DNA of 63,783 nucleotides, taken from contig CAZRVZ010000037.1 in NCBI GenBank assembly GCA_964603655.1, positions 1 to 63,783 of the forward strand, in the 5' to 3' direction. Source of the DNA: an uncultured Pseudobdellovibrionaceae bacterium. GTDB lineage: Bacteria; Bdellovibrionota; FAC87; UBA2466. This document shows positions 9,328 to 19,823 of this stretch, in pieces; position 1 is the first letter of the stretch; every line of letters begins with the position of its first letter. Under the pieces are notes generated by a model. That model was not told the origin of the DNA. It worked only from the letters and a program-made list of their open reading frames with translations, and did no database searches. The position numbers and the translations under genes are program-made.

Positions 9328-10193
9328 TTTGCAGCAAGCGTACTCTCTAATAACAAGCCGAAATTTGCATTCGAACGTAAACGCCCTTCGAGCTCCAACC
9401 AGCTATCAAACTCGTAAATTACATCCCATTGGGGATCGGTTAAAACGGCGAGGCGGATACGCTCCTGTTGGAAATGCACAAAGGCCGCCACATCGGTCTT
9501 TTCCTTCAGGCGCTGGGTGACCCGATACGGATTGCGCAACTGCAAAAACTCCTGAAAAAGAGCGGTGAACTCCTCCCGCCGGTCCGGCTGATGGCCTGGC
9601 CCTGGCGAACCCACCGTCCCTGAATGGCCCGCTTCGGGCTGGAAGGGAAACTCCAGGCAGCGGGATCGCAACGTGGGAAGTAGCGAACCCAACTGCGACG
9701 TCAGTAACCAAAAATAGTGTTGGCGTCCCGGCTCTTCCAGGGTCTTGAGAAACGCATTGGCCGCGGCCACCGTCATGCGGTGACAATCATCGACGATACA
9801 AATCCGGCAGTCCCCCTCGACAGGAGAAAGCACCATCCGGTCACAGATCTCCCGAACGGCTTCAATCTTGATTACATCATCCTTTGGTTCTGGCTCACTC
9901 CACACCCAGACATCAGGGTGGGTATCCCGCTCAATTCGGTCACAGACACTGCAGGATCCGCAAAAAGGCAGATTCGATGTGCTTCGCAAACAAAACAGCA
10001 TCTTGGCTCCGTTTTTTGCGATAGCCAACTTCGCACCCGACTTGGCCCCGGAAAAAATAAGCGCCGGGTGAAGGCGTTGGTGTTTGAGATATCGGTAAAG
10101 ACGATCCTGTACCAGGGCGTTCCCGATCACTCCCAAAGCTCCGTGTCCGCCCAGTGCCCCCCCGGCTCCAATAGTGCCCGCGGTGGACTTCAT
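9324..10193 (-). CDS. holB: DNA polymerase III subunit delta'
   Basis: Position between tmk and metG. Zinc module CGSCSVCDRI. Clamp-loader-like FLKTLEEP motif. 4-nt overlaps with both neighbours. Confidence 0.8.
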   Translation of the reverse strand: MKSTAGTIGAGGALGGHGALGVIGNALVQDRLYRYLKHQRLHPALIFSGAKSGAKLAIAKNGAKMLFCLRSTSNLPFCGSCSVCDRIERDTHPDVWVWSEPEPKDDVIKIEAVREICDRMVLSPVEGDCRICIVDDCHRMTVAAANAFLKTLEEPGRQHYFWLLTSQLGSLLPTLRSRCLEFPFQPEAGHSGTVGSPGPGHQPDRREEFTALFQEFLQLRNPYRVTQRLKEKTDVAAFVHFQQERIRLAVLTDPQWDVIYEFDSWLELEGRLRSNANFGLLLESTLAAK

Positions 10194-10810
10194 CGATAAT
10201 GCCTCAATCGCTTCTCCAGAATTGCCAAGATGGTCCGATTCACGATCGCAGTCGGCTCGGCAGCATCTACGATAACGATACGGGATCGGGAGCGCCGTAC
10301 CAGAGACAAAAACCCCTTACGTACCTCCCGATGGAAACGAATTTTTTCCCGCTCCAACCGATCCAGCGTCCGGCGACGCCTAATACGCTCCAGGCCGACC
10401 TGAGGGTCTAGGTCCAGAAAAAAGGTAACATTAGGGATCAGTTTATCGGTAGCAAAGAGGCTGAGTGAGTGAATCGTATCCACACCCAGTCCCCGGCAAT
10501 GCCCCTGGTAAATGACCGAGGAATCGAAAAAGCGATCTGAAACCACAACGTATCCCGCTGCTAACGCGGGGCGAATCTTTTCAGCGACGTGTTGGGCCCG
10601 ATCGGCCTGATAAAGCAGAAGCTCGGCCCGCGGATCCAAAATCGTGTTCGTGCGATCCAAAAGCAACTTACGAATCTTTCGGCCGATGGCAGTGCCACCT
10701 GGCTCCTGCGTCAGCAGACACGGGATGCGGCGCCGCTTCAACTCACGAATAATCAGCCGCGCCTGCGTACTCTTTCCCGCCCCTTCACCGCCCTCCAAGG
10801 TGATAAACAT
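10190..10810 (-). CDS. tmk: thymidylate kinase
   Basis: MFITLEGGEGAGKST P-loop start, DRF/DSS motifs, 206 aa. Confidence 0.95.
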   Translation of the reverse strand: MFITLEGGEGAGKSTQARLIIRELKRRRIPCLLTQEPGGTAIGRKIRKLLLDRTNTILDPRAELLLYQADRAQHVAEKIRPALAAGYVVVSDRFFDSSVIYQGHCRGLGVDTIHSLSLFATDKLIPNVTFFLDLDPQVGLERIRRRRTLDRLEREKIRFHREVRKGFLSLVRRSRSRIVIVDAAEPTAIVNRTILAILEKRLRHYR

Positions 10811-10819
10811 GCGCCGATG

Positions 10820-11536
10820 CTAGCACGGGCCCCCGCTCGGTGCCCATCTACTTTTCAGCTGAAAAGGGGGCGGGTATGAATCGACCCCGTACGCCTTGTG
10901 CAGAGTTTCCAAAATATTTCTAACCTCATTTCCCCTCGAAAACTGAAATGTACCTCTTCGAAGTGCAAGCCTTATCATTAGCTCCGCTTCGAGCTGAACG
11001 GGCCGATTCAACCACTCCAAGCGTTGGCTAAGCCCTCGGGGAATACAATTCCAGAGCCAGTCACTTCGTTCACAGATTGGAAGTTCGTTCTTAAAATCCA
11101 AGAGATGCCTCAATGAGCCAAACTGATGGTCTTGAACCAAATTACAGACTCCCGCACGTACCGGATTCCTTAGGGTGTATTTGTAGGCATATGCGACACT
11201 CTGAGAAGTGCTCAAAATCGACCATCTGTAACGACCACCAAACACGTGATTAATTCTTCCAGCCGCTCTTTGGATGTGCCGTGAACTTTCTGTCTGAAAA
11301 TACCTCATGAATAAATCCAAGTTCCGCTGCGGCGTTGAAACAACTAGATGATAATGGTTCGACATCAGGACGAATGAATGGATTTCGGTTCGGTACCGTT
11401 CCGTCGCTCTCGCTAATACACCCACGAAAATTTCCCACGTATCAGCCGTAGGAATGTAGAACCATTCTCGATTGTTGGCGCGATTATAAACATGGTAAGG
11501 AAACAGGTCCGATAGAATTAGTGAGCGTCGCGCCAT
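10820..11536 (-). CDS. REP-associated tyrosine transposase (RayT; IS200/IS605 Y1 family)
   Basis: HUH motif in MSNHYHLVV. C-terminal catalytic-Tyr region YAYKYTLRNPVRAG. The gene is bracketed by exact inverted REP palindromes. Confidence 0.85.
   Translation of the reverse strand: MARRSLILSDLFPYHVYNRANNREWFYIPTADTWEIFVGVLARATERYRTEIHSFVLMSNHYHLVVSTPQRNLDLFMRYFQTESSRHIQRAAGRINHVFGGRYRWSILSTSQSVAYAYKYTLRNPVRAGVCNLVQDHQFGSLRHLLDFKNELPICERSDWLWNCIPRGLSQRLEWLNRPVQLEAELMIRLALRRGTFQFSRGNEVRNILETLHKAYGVDSYPPPFQLKSRWAPSGGPC
10842..10867. repeat. REP palindrome (left copy) of the RayT unit
   Basis: GCCCATCTACTTTTCAGCTGAAAAGG contains the perfect 16-bp palindrome CTTTTCAGCTGAAAAG. It is the exact reverse complement of 11580-11605 and lies inside the 3' end of the RayT ORF. 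Confidence 0.9.
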
Positions 11537-11579
11537 ACCCCACGTGTAGCAAACTCCGTGCCGCTCAATTACCCGCTAC

Positions 11580-11605
11580 CTTTTCAGCTGAAAAGTAGAT
11601 GGGCA
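11580..11605. repeat. REP palindrome (right copy) of the RayT unit
   Basis: CCTTTTCAGCTGAAAAGTAGATGGGC matches the reverse complement of 10842-10867 at 26/26. Confidence 0.9.
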
Positions 11606-11614
11606 CCTACAAGC

Positions 11615-12772
11615 CTACAACCCCATTTCGGTTTTAATTTGGGCGGCCCAGGCCTTGATGCGGCCATCGGTGAGGTGATCCTGGTTTTCGATGTCGATGA
11701 CGAGTCCCATGAACTTGTCGCCCTGGAGCGCCTTGGATTTTTTGAACTCGTAACCCTTCGTGGGCCAGAGACCGAAAAGTTTGGCGCCGCGCTTTTCAAA
11801 CGGCTCCCAGAGCATCTGAATAGCATCGACATAGGTGTCGGGATAACCCTTTTGGTCGCCCAATCCGAAAATGGCCACCTTTTTTCCGCTAACGTTCGGG
11901 TTGACCGATTCGATCAGGGGCAACATCGCGGCCCAATCATCCTGCAATTCGCCAATATGCCACGTTGGAATTCCGAGAATAATATTTTCCGGAACCGCGA
12001 AATCGGCTGGAGTCACCTCGGTGATGTTTTTCACATAGTCCACCGTTCCCAAGCACTCCTTTAATGACTCCGCCGCATTTTTCGTATTGCCGGTACTGGA
12101 GCCGTAAAAAATTACTGTCTTGCAGGCGGGAAGTGTCGGGGTTTTGGGATCTCCTGAGGAAGCAGCTCTCACAGCCGGTGCCGACGGCTGGGAAGTTTTG
12201 GCGGCGTCGGCCTTTTGCTTGGCCTCCTTATCGGCAGCCGCTTTGGCGCGGGCCTCTTCCTCTACTCTCGCCTTTTCTTTAAGAGCGCTGCGAATCTCGT
12301 CACTCTTGGATTTGAGCTGTTCGATCGTGAGTGACGCCGTCAATGCATCATCGGGCGTCGCCGTCGCGTGAATTTCGCTGCGCTTAAACGGTCCGGTCTT
12401 TGCCTTTCCATGAACCGCACGCTCAAACGCCTGCTGATCCAAGACGATGGTTTCTTGACCCCCGCTATTTCTTAAAAACTCAAACTCGAACCGGTGGCCC
12501 AAAAGCGCTTCGCGACCCCTTATAACCTCGAGCACTGCTTGCGGAATCGCAAGAGATCGATAAAACGGGGCATCGTGGGACGGCAAAAAACTAAATGAAA
12601 ATTTCGGTAGCGCCGAGCCGCTCGGGTGGTAAACGGTCAAGGTAATCCGAAGCACTTCGATAGGAACCGCCGTAGCCGCGTCCCATTTTCCCCACGCCCC
12701 CAGTTGTCCAGGCAGATACCCATTGGCGATTCCAAAAGACTCTGCCGATCGTAACATTCCAAAGATTCCCAT
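11615..12772 (-). CDS. long-chain flavodoxin fused to an unknown ~200-aa N-terminal region
   Basis: The C-terminal ~170 aa is a clear flavodoxin (VIFYGSSTGNT FMN loop, GIPTW, FGLGDQ, long-chain insert). It is preceded by a K/A/E-rich linker and an unrecognised domain. No in-frame ATG/GTG/TTG lies near the flavodoxin boundary. Confidence 0.8.
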   Translation of the reverse strand: MGIFGMLRSAESFGIANGYLPGQLGAWGKWDAATAVPIEVLRITLTVYHPSGSALPKFSFSFLPSHDAPFYRSLAIPQAVLEVIRGREALLGHRFEFEFLRNSGGQETIVLDQQAFERAVHGKAKTGPFKRSEIHATATPDDALTASLTIEQLKSKSDEIRSALKEKARVEEEARAKAAADKEAKQKADAAKTSQPSAPAVRAASSGDPKTPTLPACKTVIFYGSSTGNTKNAAESLKECLGTVDYVKNITEVTPADFAVPENIILGIPTWHIGELQDDWAAMLPLIESVNPNVSGKKVAIFGLGDQKGYPDTYVDAIQMLWEPFEKRGAKLFGLWPTKGYEFKKSKALQGDKFMGLVIDIENQDHLTDGRIKAWAAQIKTEMGL

Positions 12773-12886
12773 AAGCTTTCCGGCTGTTTCAAAAACCTCT
12801 TAGATCGACGATAGACACAAAGTCGTGGAATTTCAACGGGAACCGCGTGACAGGCCATTTGAGAGTCGTTACATTAAATCACTCGT

Positions 12887-13584
12887 ATGGAGTCGATTTC
12901 CCGCTGCCGGCAGTTTTGCCGTTCGTCCATCGGTCGCAAATACACCGTAGCCATCACGGGATTTTTGCTTTGCGGCTTCGTGCTGATGCACATGTCGGGA
13001 AACCTACTCATCCTGGTCAGCGCCGAAAGCTACAATCGCTACGCTCACCAGATCACCCACAACCCCCTTTTACTGTATCCGGCCGAGTTCGTTCTGAGTC
13101 TCGTTTTTCTCATTCACATCTTCTCGGCCCTCCGCCTGGCCTTTGAAAACCGAAAGGCCCGCGGACTGACACCGCTCGCTCCCCAAGGCCCGGATAAATC
13201 GTCCTCGTTCGCTGCTCGAAGCATGGCGCTCACGGGACTGGTGGTACTCGTCTTTCTCATTTGGCATCTGAAGTCATTTCGATTTGGGCCGTTTTATGAG
13301 ATCACGTACGAGGGCAATCTGATGAGGGATCTACACCGACTGGTGGTAGAGAAATTCACAAAAACCGAGGAGATAGCGATCTACCTTCTGGCCTTGGGTG
13401 CTTTGTGGACACACCTCTCGCACGGTGTATCGGCGCTCTTCCAGACGGTGGGGCTCTTGAGCTCCGGGAATCGTCGACTTCGAAAACTCGCGCTTGGTTT
13501 TGCGACGGTCATCACACTCGGCTTCGCCGCGCAGCCGCTGTACATTTATTGGGTATTCGGCCCCTTTTTGAAAGGGACACCGTA

Positions 13585-13585
<1 letters not shown>
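12887..13585 (+). CDS. sdhC: succinate dehydrogenase/fumarate reductase cytochrome b subunit (single-subunit type)
   Basis: About 230-aa protein with five hydrophobic helices and conserved His residues, directly upstream of sdhA. TAATG stop/start overlap. Confidence 0.8.
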
Positions 13586-15515
<1,930 letters not shown>

Positions 15516-15519
<4 letters not shown>

Positions 15520-16265
15520 AGCTCACTCTCAAAATCTGGCGTCAGAAGGGCAAAGACGATCGCGGAAAATTCATCGACTACTCGATGCAAGACGTCAGTG
15601 CCGACATGTCGTTTCTCGAAATGCTGGATGTCTTAAATATCCGCCTAGTCGCTAAGGGCGAAGAGGCCATCGAGTTTGACCACGACTGTCGCGAGGGCAT
15701 CTGCGGTTCCTGTTCGCTGACTATCGACGGCAACCCTCATGGTCCCGAAACAGGAACGGCGACGTGCCAGCTCCATATGCGCAAATTCAACGACGGCGAT
15801 TCGATTACAGTCGAGCCGTGGCGGGCACGCGCGTTTCCCGTTATCAAGGATCTTACCGTCGATAGAACGGCATTCGATAGGATCATGGCGGCGGGCGGAT
15901 TTATCAGCGTCAACACCGGCTCGGCACCCGATGGTAACGCCATCTTGATTGCCAAGGATGTTTCGGAAATTTCCATGGATGCAGCTGCCTGCATCGGCTG
16001 TGGAGCCTGTGTGGCCGCCTGCAAGAATGCCTCGGCGATGCTTTTTGTCGCGGCGAAGGTCTCTCACCTAGCGCTTTTGCCGCAAGGACAACCGGAACGG
16101 GAAATACGGGCCCGATCGATGGTGGCGGCGATGGACTCCGAGGGATTTGGCTCCTGCTCCAACACGGGCGCCTGCGAAGCCGCCTGCCCGAAGGAGATTC
16201 GGCTGGAGAATATCGCGCGGCTAAATCGCGAGCTGGTCCGATCGGCTTTCGGCGTCAACGCCTAA
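15516..16265 (+). CDS. sdhB: succinate dehydrogenase/fumarate reductase iron-sulfur subunit
   Basis: Cys clusters [20 protein letters not shown] and [12 protein letters not shown]. Overlaps the sdhA stop. Confidence 0.95.
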
Positions 16266-16279
16266 CTTTTTCCCAGTTA

Positions 16280-16318
16280 GGGCTCGTCCAAAATGTTAAG
16301 TTATTCTTGGGCGAGCCC
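16280..16318. repeat. miniature copy of the 5418-5598 element arm; bidirectional terminator-like hairpin
   Basis: GTCCAAAATGTTAAGTTATTCTTGGGCGAGCCC matches the right arm at 5565-5598 at about 31/33. A GGGCTCG/CGAGCCC stem closes it. It sits between the convergent sdhB and 16324..17229. Confidence 0.65.
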
Positions 16319-16323
16319 TTACA

Positions 16324-17229
16324 CTACTTCTTTCTCATGTTTCCCAAAATAATAATTATCACCAAGAAGAAGATGGCTAGGATAATAAGTATCTTAATCA
16401 CCATCCACCAATCGATGGCCCGACTTTTGGCGCGCTCCTCTTCAGCGATTCGCTGCAGCTGTTCATTCTGATATTTGCGAGACTCACTGTCGGACTGAGA
16501 TTTGGCCTCCTCTTCAGATTTCTTGCTCGACTTTTTCCCGAGATCGCCCGGTGCCGCAGATCCCGGGGTACCTACCTCAGAACCGCTCACCGACGGTCCG
16601 CCGCGTCCTCGGCCCGATCCTGAACCCGATTCTCCCTCCTCGTCAGCCTTGCCCGCGCCGTTGGATGCAAAAAAATCGGCGTTAAACCCGTCTCCATTTT
16701 CTCCGCCTGCGCCGCCGGCGCCTCCCGCTCCACCAGCACCCCCGATCCCACCTGGGCCCGCGGAACCCACACCGGTTCCCTGCGCGACCGACGGGACGTT
16801 TGGCGACGTGATATCTTTTGGCTCCGGTACATTGGGTCCAGGAATATTTCCAGGCCCGGGAACATTCGGCGGCTCCCCGCCGTCTCCGATCTCATCGCCG
16901 GGACCGGTGTCTGGAACATTGGGATCTCCGGGACTCGCAGCCCGCTCGGACGCGAACCAGATATTGGGGACCGGACGCTTGGGTGTTTGCGCGAGAAAAC
17001 TCACCAATTGCTGGCGGTTATCGAATAGGGTTTTTCGAATCGGCTCGCCAAATATTTTCATCACGAGCGGAATCGCGATCCCCGCGATGACCAAGGCTAT
17101 CAGGATATAATCCAAAAAAGCCTGACCTTGCCTGGTGTTTAAACGCAGCCCGCCACCCATGAAGCCCCGTCCCCCGTTGAAGAATGTCTTCCCTATGAAT
17201 TTTAGCAGAATTCCAGGCCGCGTACGCAC
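16324..17229 (-). CDS. low-complexity Gly/Pro/Asn-rich protein with an N-terminal Flp-like hydrophobic segment and a C-terminal TM anchor
   Basis: G-QAFL-DY-ILIALVIAGIAI resembles the G/xxxxEY prepilin motif. The central region has GGAGGAGGAGGAGG and PNVPGPGNIPGPNVP repeats. The C-terminus is WWMVIKILIILAIFFLVIIIILG. The start is uncertain (alternative M at 17160). Confidence 0.5.
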   Translation of the reverse strand: MRTRPGILLKFIGKTFFNGGRGFMGGGLRLNTRQGQAFLDYILIALVIAGIAIPLVMKIFGEPIRKTLFDNRQQLVSFLAQTPKRPVPNIWFASERAASPGDPNVPDTGPGDEIGDGGEPPNVPGPGNIPGPNVPEPKDITSPNVPSVAQGTGVGSAGPGGIGGAGGAGGAGGAGGENGDGFNADFFASNGAGKADEEGESGSGSGRGRGGPSVSGSEVGTPGSAAPGDLGKKSSKKSEEEAKSQSDSESRKYQNEQLQRIAEEERAKSRAIDWWMVIKILIILAIFFLVIIIILGNMRKK

Positions 17230-17303
17230 CGAGTCATTAACTATGCGAAAATCTTCACAATCGACTCTGTTTTTCCAAGGTCTGATCTCGAATTATCCGG
17301 GAT

Positions 17304-18734
17304 CTATGCGCGAATTTTCTCCTGGATCTTTCCGAAATCGCCGTTCGACATCACGACGACCACATCACCGGGCCGTACCTGATCGCGCACGAACTGGGCG
17401 ATGAGATCGGGTGAATCGAAGGCCTGGGCCGATTTTCCCATCGCCTTCAGATCACCGACTAGGCCGTCGGCCGAGAATCGCAGCTCGGCATCGAGCTCGT
17501 TCTGACGAACGGGCGAGGAGATGCAGATCTCATCGGCAGGTGCAAACGCCTTGGGGTAAACCGCCTGGTGCACGTTGCGACGGGCTGTTGCCGAGCGCGG
17601 TTCAAAAAGAGCAAACAGCTTTCCAGTCTTGTGACGGTTGCGAACGGCGTTGAGCGTTGCCAAAACCTCGGTGGGGTGGTGGGCAAAATCATCGACGATC
17701 CAATAGGGCTCTTTCTGAAGTACCTGCTGGCGCCGCCTGACCCCCGTGAATTGACTGACTATCGGCACCACTCGCTGCATCGGCATCCCTAAATTCACTG
17801 CGCATATGATGCCGCTCATTAAATTGAACAAATTATGTTCACCATAAAGTGGAGTTTGAAATTTGCCGACACTTCGCCGTTTATAGATAATCTCGAACTC
17901 AATCCCGTCAGCACTTTCAACAACATTTTCCAGGCGCCACATACTATTAGGTCCGCGACCGAAGCTCTGGACGGGACACAACGATTCACCCGCCACCTCC
18001 ACAACGATCGGATCGTCAAAGCGCGCAATACAAAGACCATCACCCGGAAGAAGAGCGACCAGTTTTTCAAATGACATCTTAACGTGGTCCAAATCGCGGT
18101 AGATATCGGCGTGATCAAACTCGATACTGGTGAGCACGAGGAAATGTGGATGGTAATGCAAAAACTTCGGCCCCTTGTCGAAAAAGGCGGAGTCGTACTC
18201 GTCTCCCTCAATCACGCTTACCGAGCCGACACCGCCGTTTCCACTGTTTCCGGCATCGCCTCCACCATCTCCAACCGCAGACCCCGACGGAAGGTCATTG
18301 GGGACCCCGCCAATGAGATAGGAAGGATTCATCCCGAGGCTCTGAAAGAGAAACGCTATCCATGCCGCAGTCGTGGTCTTGCCGTGCGTACCGGCGACAA
18401 CCACGCTTTTGCGATCCTCGATAACAAATCGCCTGACCGCCTCGGGAAAGGAGATGAAAGGAGTTCCCTTTTGAATCCAGGCCCGAGCCTCGGAATTGTT
18501 TCGGGTGACGACATTTCCGACAATCACCAAATCGACCTTGAGGTTGTCGGCAGTCTGGGGGTCGTAGCCTTCGATTAGCGTGACGTTGGCATCAGAAAGC
18601 ACCGACTTCATCGGGTCATAGAGTTTTCCGTCGCTCCCGCTGATCGCCAATCCCTTTTTGGCCAGATTGACCGCGAGGGTGCCGGTACCCACACCACCTA
18701 TTCCCACAAAGTGAATGGATTGAGGTTCAAACAT
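17304..18734 (-). CDS. mpl: UDP-N-acetylmuramate:L-Ala-D-Glu-meso-DAP ligase (Mpl; MurC/Mpl family)
   Basis: N-terminal FVGIGGVGTG..SGSDGKLYDPM resembles the Mpl-specific SGSD-x3-YPPM motif. Also has the Mur ligase GTHGKTTT P-loop. Confidence 0.65.
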   Translation of the reverse strand: MFEPQSIHFVGIGGVGTGTLAVNLAKKGLAISGSDGKLYDPMKSVLSDANVTLIEGYDPQTADNLKVDLVIVGNVVTRNNSEARAWIQKGTPFISFPEAVRRFVIEDRKSVVVAGTHGKTTTAAWIAFLFQSLGMNPSYLIGGVPNDLPSGSAVGDGGGDAGNSGNGGVGSVSVIEGDEYDSAFFDKGPKFLHYHPHFLVLTSIEFDHADIYRDLDHVKMSFEKLVALLPGDGLCIARFDDPIVVEVAGESLCPVQSFGRGPNSMWRLENVVESADGIEFEIIYKRRSVGKFQTPLYGEHNLFNLMSGIICAVNLGMPMQRVVPIVSQFTGVRRRQQVLQKEPYWIVDDFAHHPTEVLATLNAVRNRHKTGKLFALFEPRSATARRNVHQAVYPKAFAPADEICISSPVRQNELDAELRFSADGLVGDLKAMGKSAQAFDSPDLIAQFVRDQVRPGDVVVVMSNGDFGKIQEKIRA

Positions 18735-18746
18735 ATGCTCTCCAGT

Positions 18747-19823
18747 TTACAGCGCTTTCCAGATCAGGGCGATCTGGTCATGAATCAATGGCCGCAAAAC
18801 CCGGATGCGTTCATCATGCCGGGACGGGTGAATCCGATTCGTCAAAAAAACAGCAAATCCGCCGACGTCAGGGTCAATCCAAACGCTACAGCCCGGGAAC
18901 CCCAGGTGACCGAAACTATTTCGGGAAAAGCCTTCACCCGCCGAGGAATTTTTTTGGGCCCGCATATCCCAACCCAGCGCCCAGTCGCTACCAGAAACAT
19001 GCCCTGCGCGCGAGGTGAAACGCGTCGCCGTATCCGATCGCAGCCAAGAGGACTCACCACGCAGCGCCCGGAGCCACTCGCGCGCCAAAACGGAAACCCC
19101 CTCGGCACTGCCAAAAAGGCCGGCATGAGTACCAACGCCGCCCTGGGCCGCGCAATTTTCATCGAACACCTCGCCGACCAGCAACCGATTCCGCCACAGG
19201 CAGAATTCGGTTGCCGCCACATTCTTTGCGATGCTTCCATAACGACAGCTCACTCCCAATTTTTTAGAAACCTCATCCTCATAAATCTGAGTGATTGATT
19301 TTCCGAAGGATTGAAGCACCAGGCCGAGAATCCAAAAACCAATATCGCTGTAACAGGTAAATGGAGGCCTTCTACCGCCCTCAACAAAAAGCGAAGACTC
19401 GTGAGCGATCAACCAGCGGACCAAGTCGTCCCCGTCTCGAAAATAAGGTGTCCAGCCTATTAGACCCGACGAGTGCGATAAAATATTTTGAATCGAGAGG
19501 GCGCCTAATCGGGTTGCCCTGAGCGCCGGCACGTAACGGTCGACCGAAGCCTCCAGTTGTAAGGTTCCACCGTCAACCAAGCGGGCGATTACCGACGCGG
19601 TGCAGATTACTTTCGTCAGGGAACCCAAATCAAAGAACGTCTCGTGATCGACGGCATCGGCCCCTGGCCAATAACTCGTCACTCCCCCCGAAAGCTGAAA
19701 CGGTTTTGCATTTTTCTCGCAAAAGAGTTGGAACCCGGAAAACAGGTAATGCGATCGCGCCTCCTCCAGCACACTTTGCAAATGGGTCAGGTTCGACACG
19801 GGGAGCCTGACGGGTGCGGCCAA
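18747..19823 (-). CDS. serine hydrolase, beta-lactamase/PBP fold
   Basis: SxxK motif in FDLGSLTKV, a downstream YSD element and an H-x-G region (GHLGFPG). Confidence 0.7.
   Translation of the reverse strand: MAAPVRLPVSNLTHLQSVLEEARSHYLFSGFQLFCEKNAKPFQLSGGVTSYWPGADAVDHETFFDLGSLTKVICTASVIARLVDGGTLQLEASVDRYVPALRATRLGALSIQNILSHSSGLIGWTPYFRDGDDLVRWLIAHESSLFVEGGRRPPFTCYSDIGFWILGLVLQSFGKSITQIYEDEVSKKLGVSCRYGSIAKNVAATEFCLWRNRLLVGEVFDENCAAQGGVGTHAGLFGSAEGVSVLAREWLRALRGESSWLRSDTATRFTSRAGHVSGSDWALGWDMRAQKNSSAGEGFSRNSFGHLGFPGCSVWIDPDVGGFAVFLTNRIHPSRHDERIRVLRPLIHDQIALIWKAL

Noticed and set aside
8443-9417. Long (324 aa) ORF antisense to metG. Similar long antisense ORFs lie at 41032-42048, 30960-31790, 28063-28689 and 57400-58155.
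   Set aside because: Each lies entirely opposite a gene with unambiguous family motifs. Their translations are Arg/Pro/Ser-rich with no motifs. They are typical shadow ORFs of moderately GC-rich coding DNA.
13405-13584. 60-codon N-terminal extension of the sdhA ORF in the supplied track.
   Set aside because: The extension overlaps the sdhC 3' end in another frame. The canonical SdhA N-terminus starts at the ATG at 13585 (TAATG junction).
16640-16800. Short tandem GC-rich repeats (GGNGCN units) that could look like a repeat array.
   Set aside because: They are in-frame coding low complexity (Gly/Ala/Pro repeats) within ORF 16324-17229. There is no spacer-repeat organisation, so it is not a CRISPR array.
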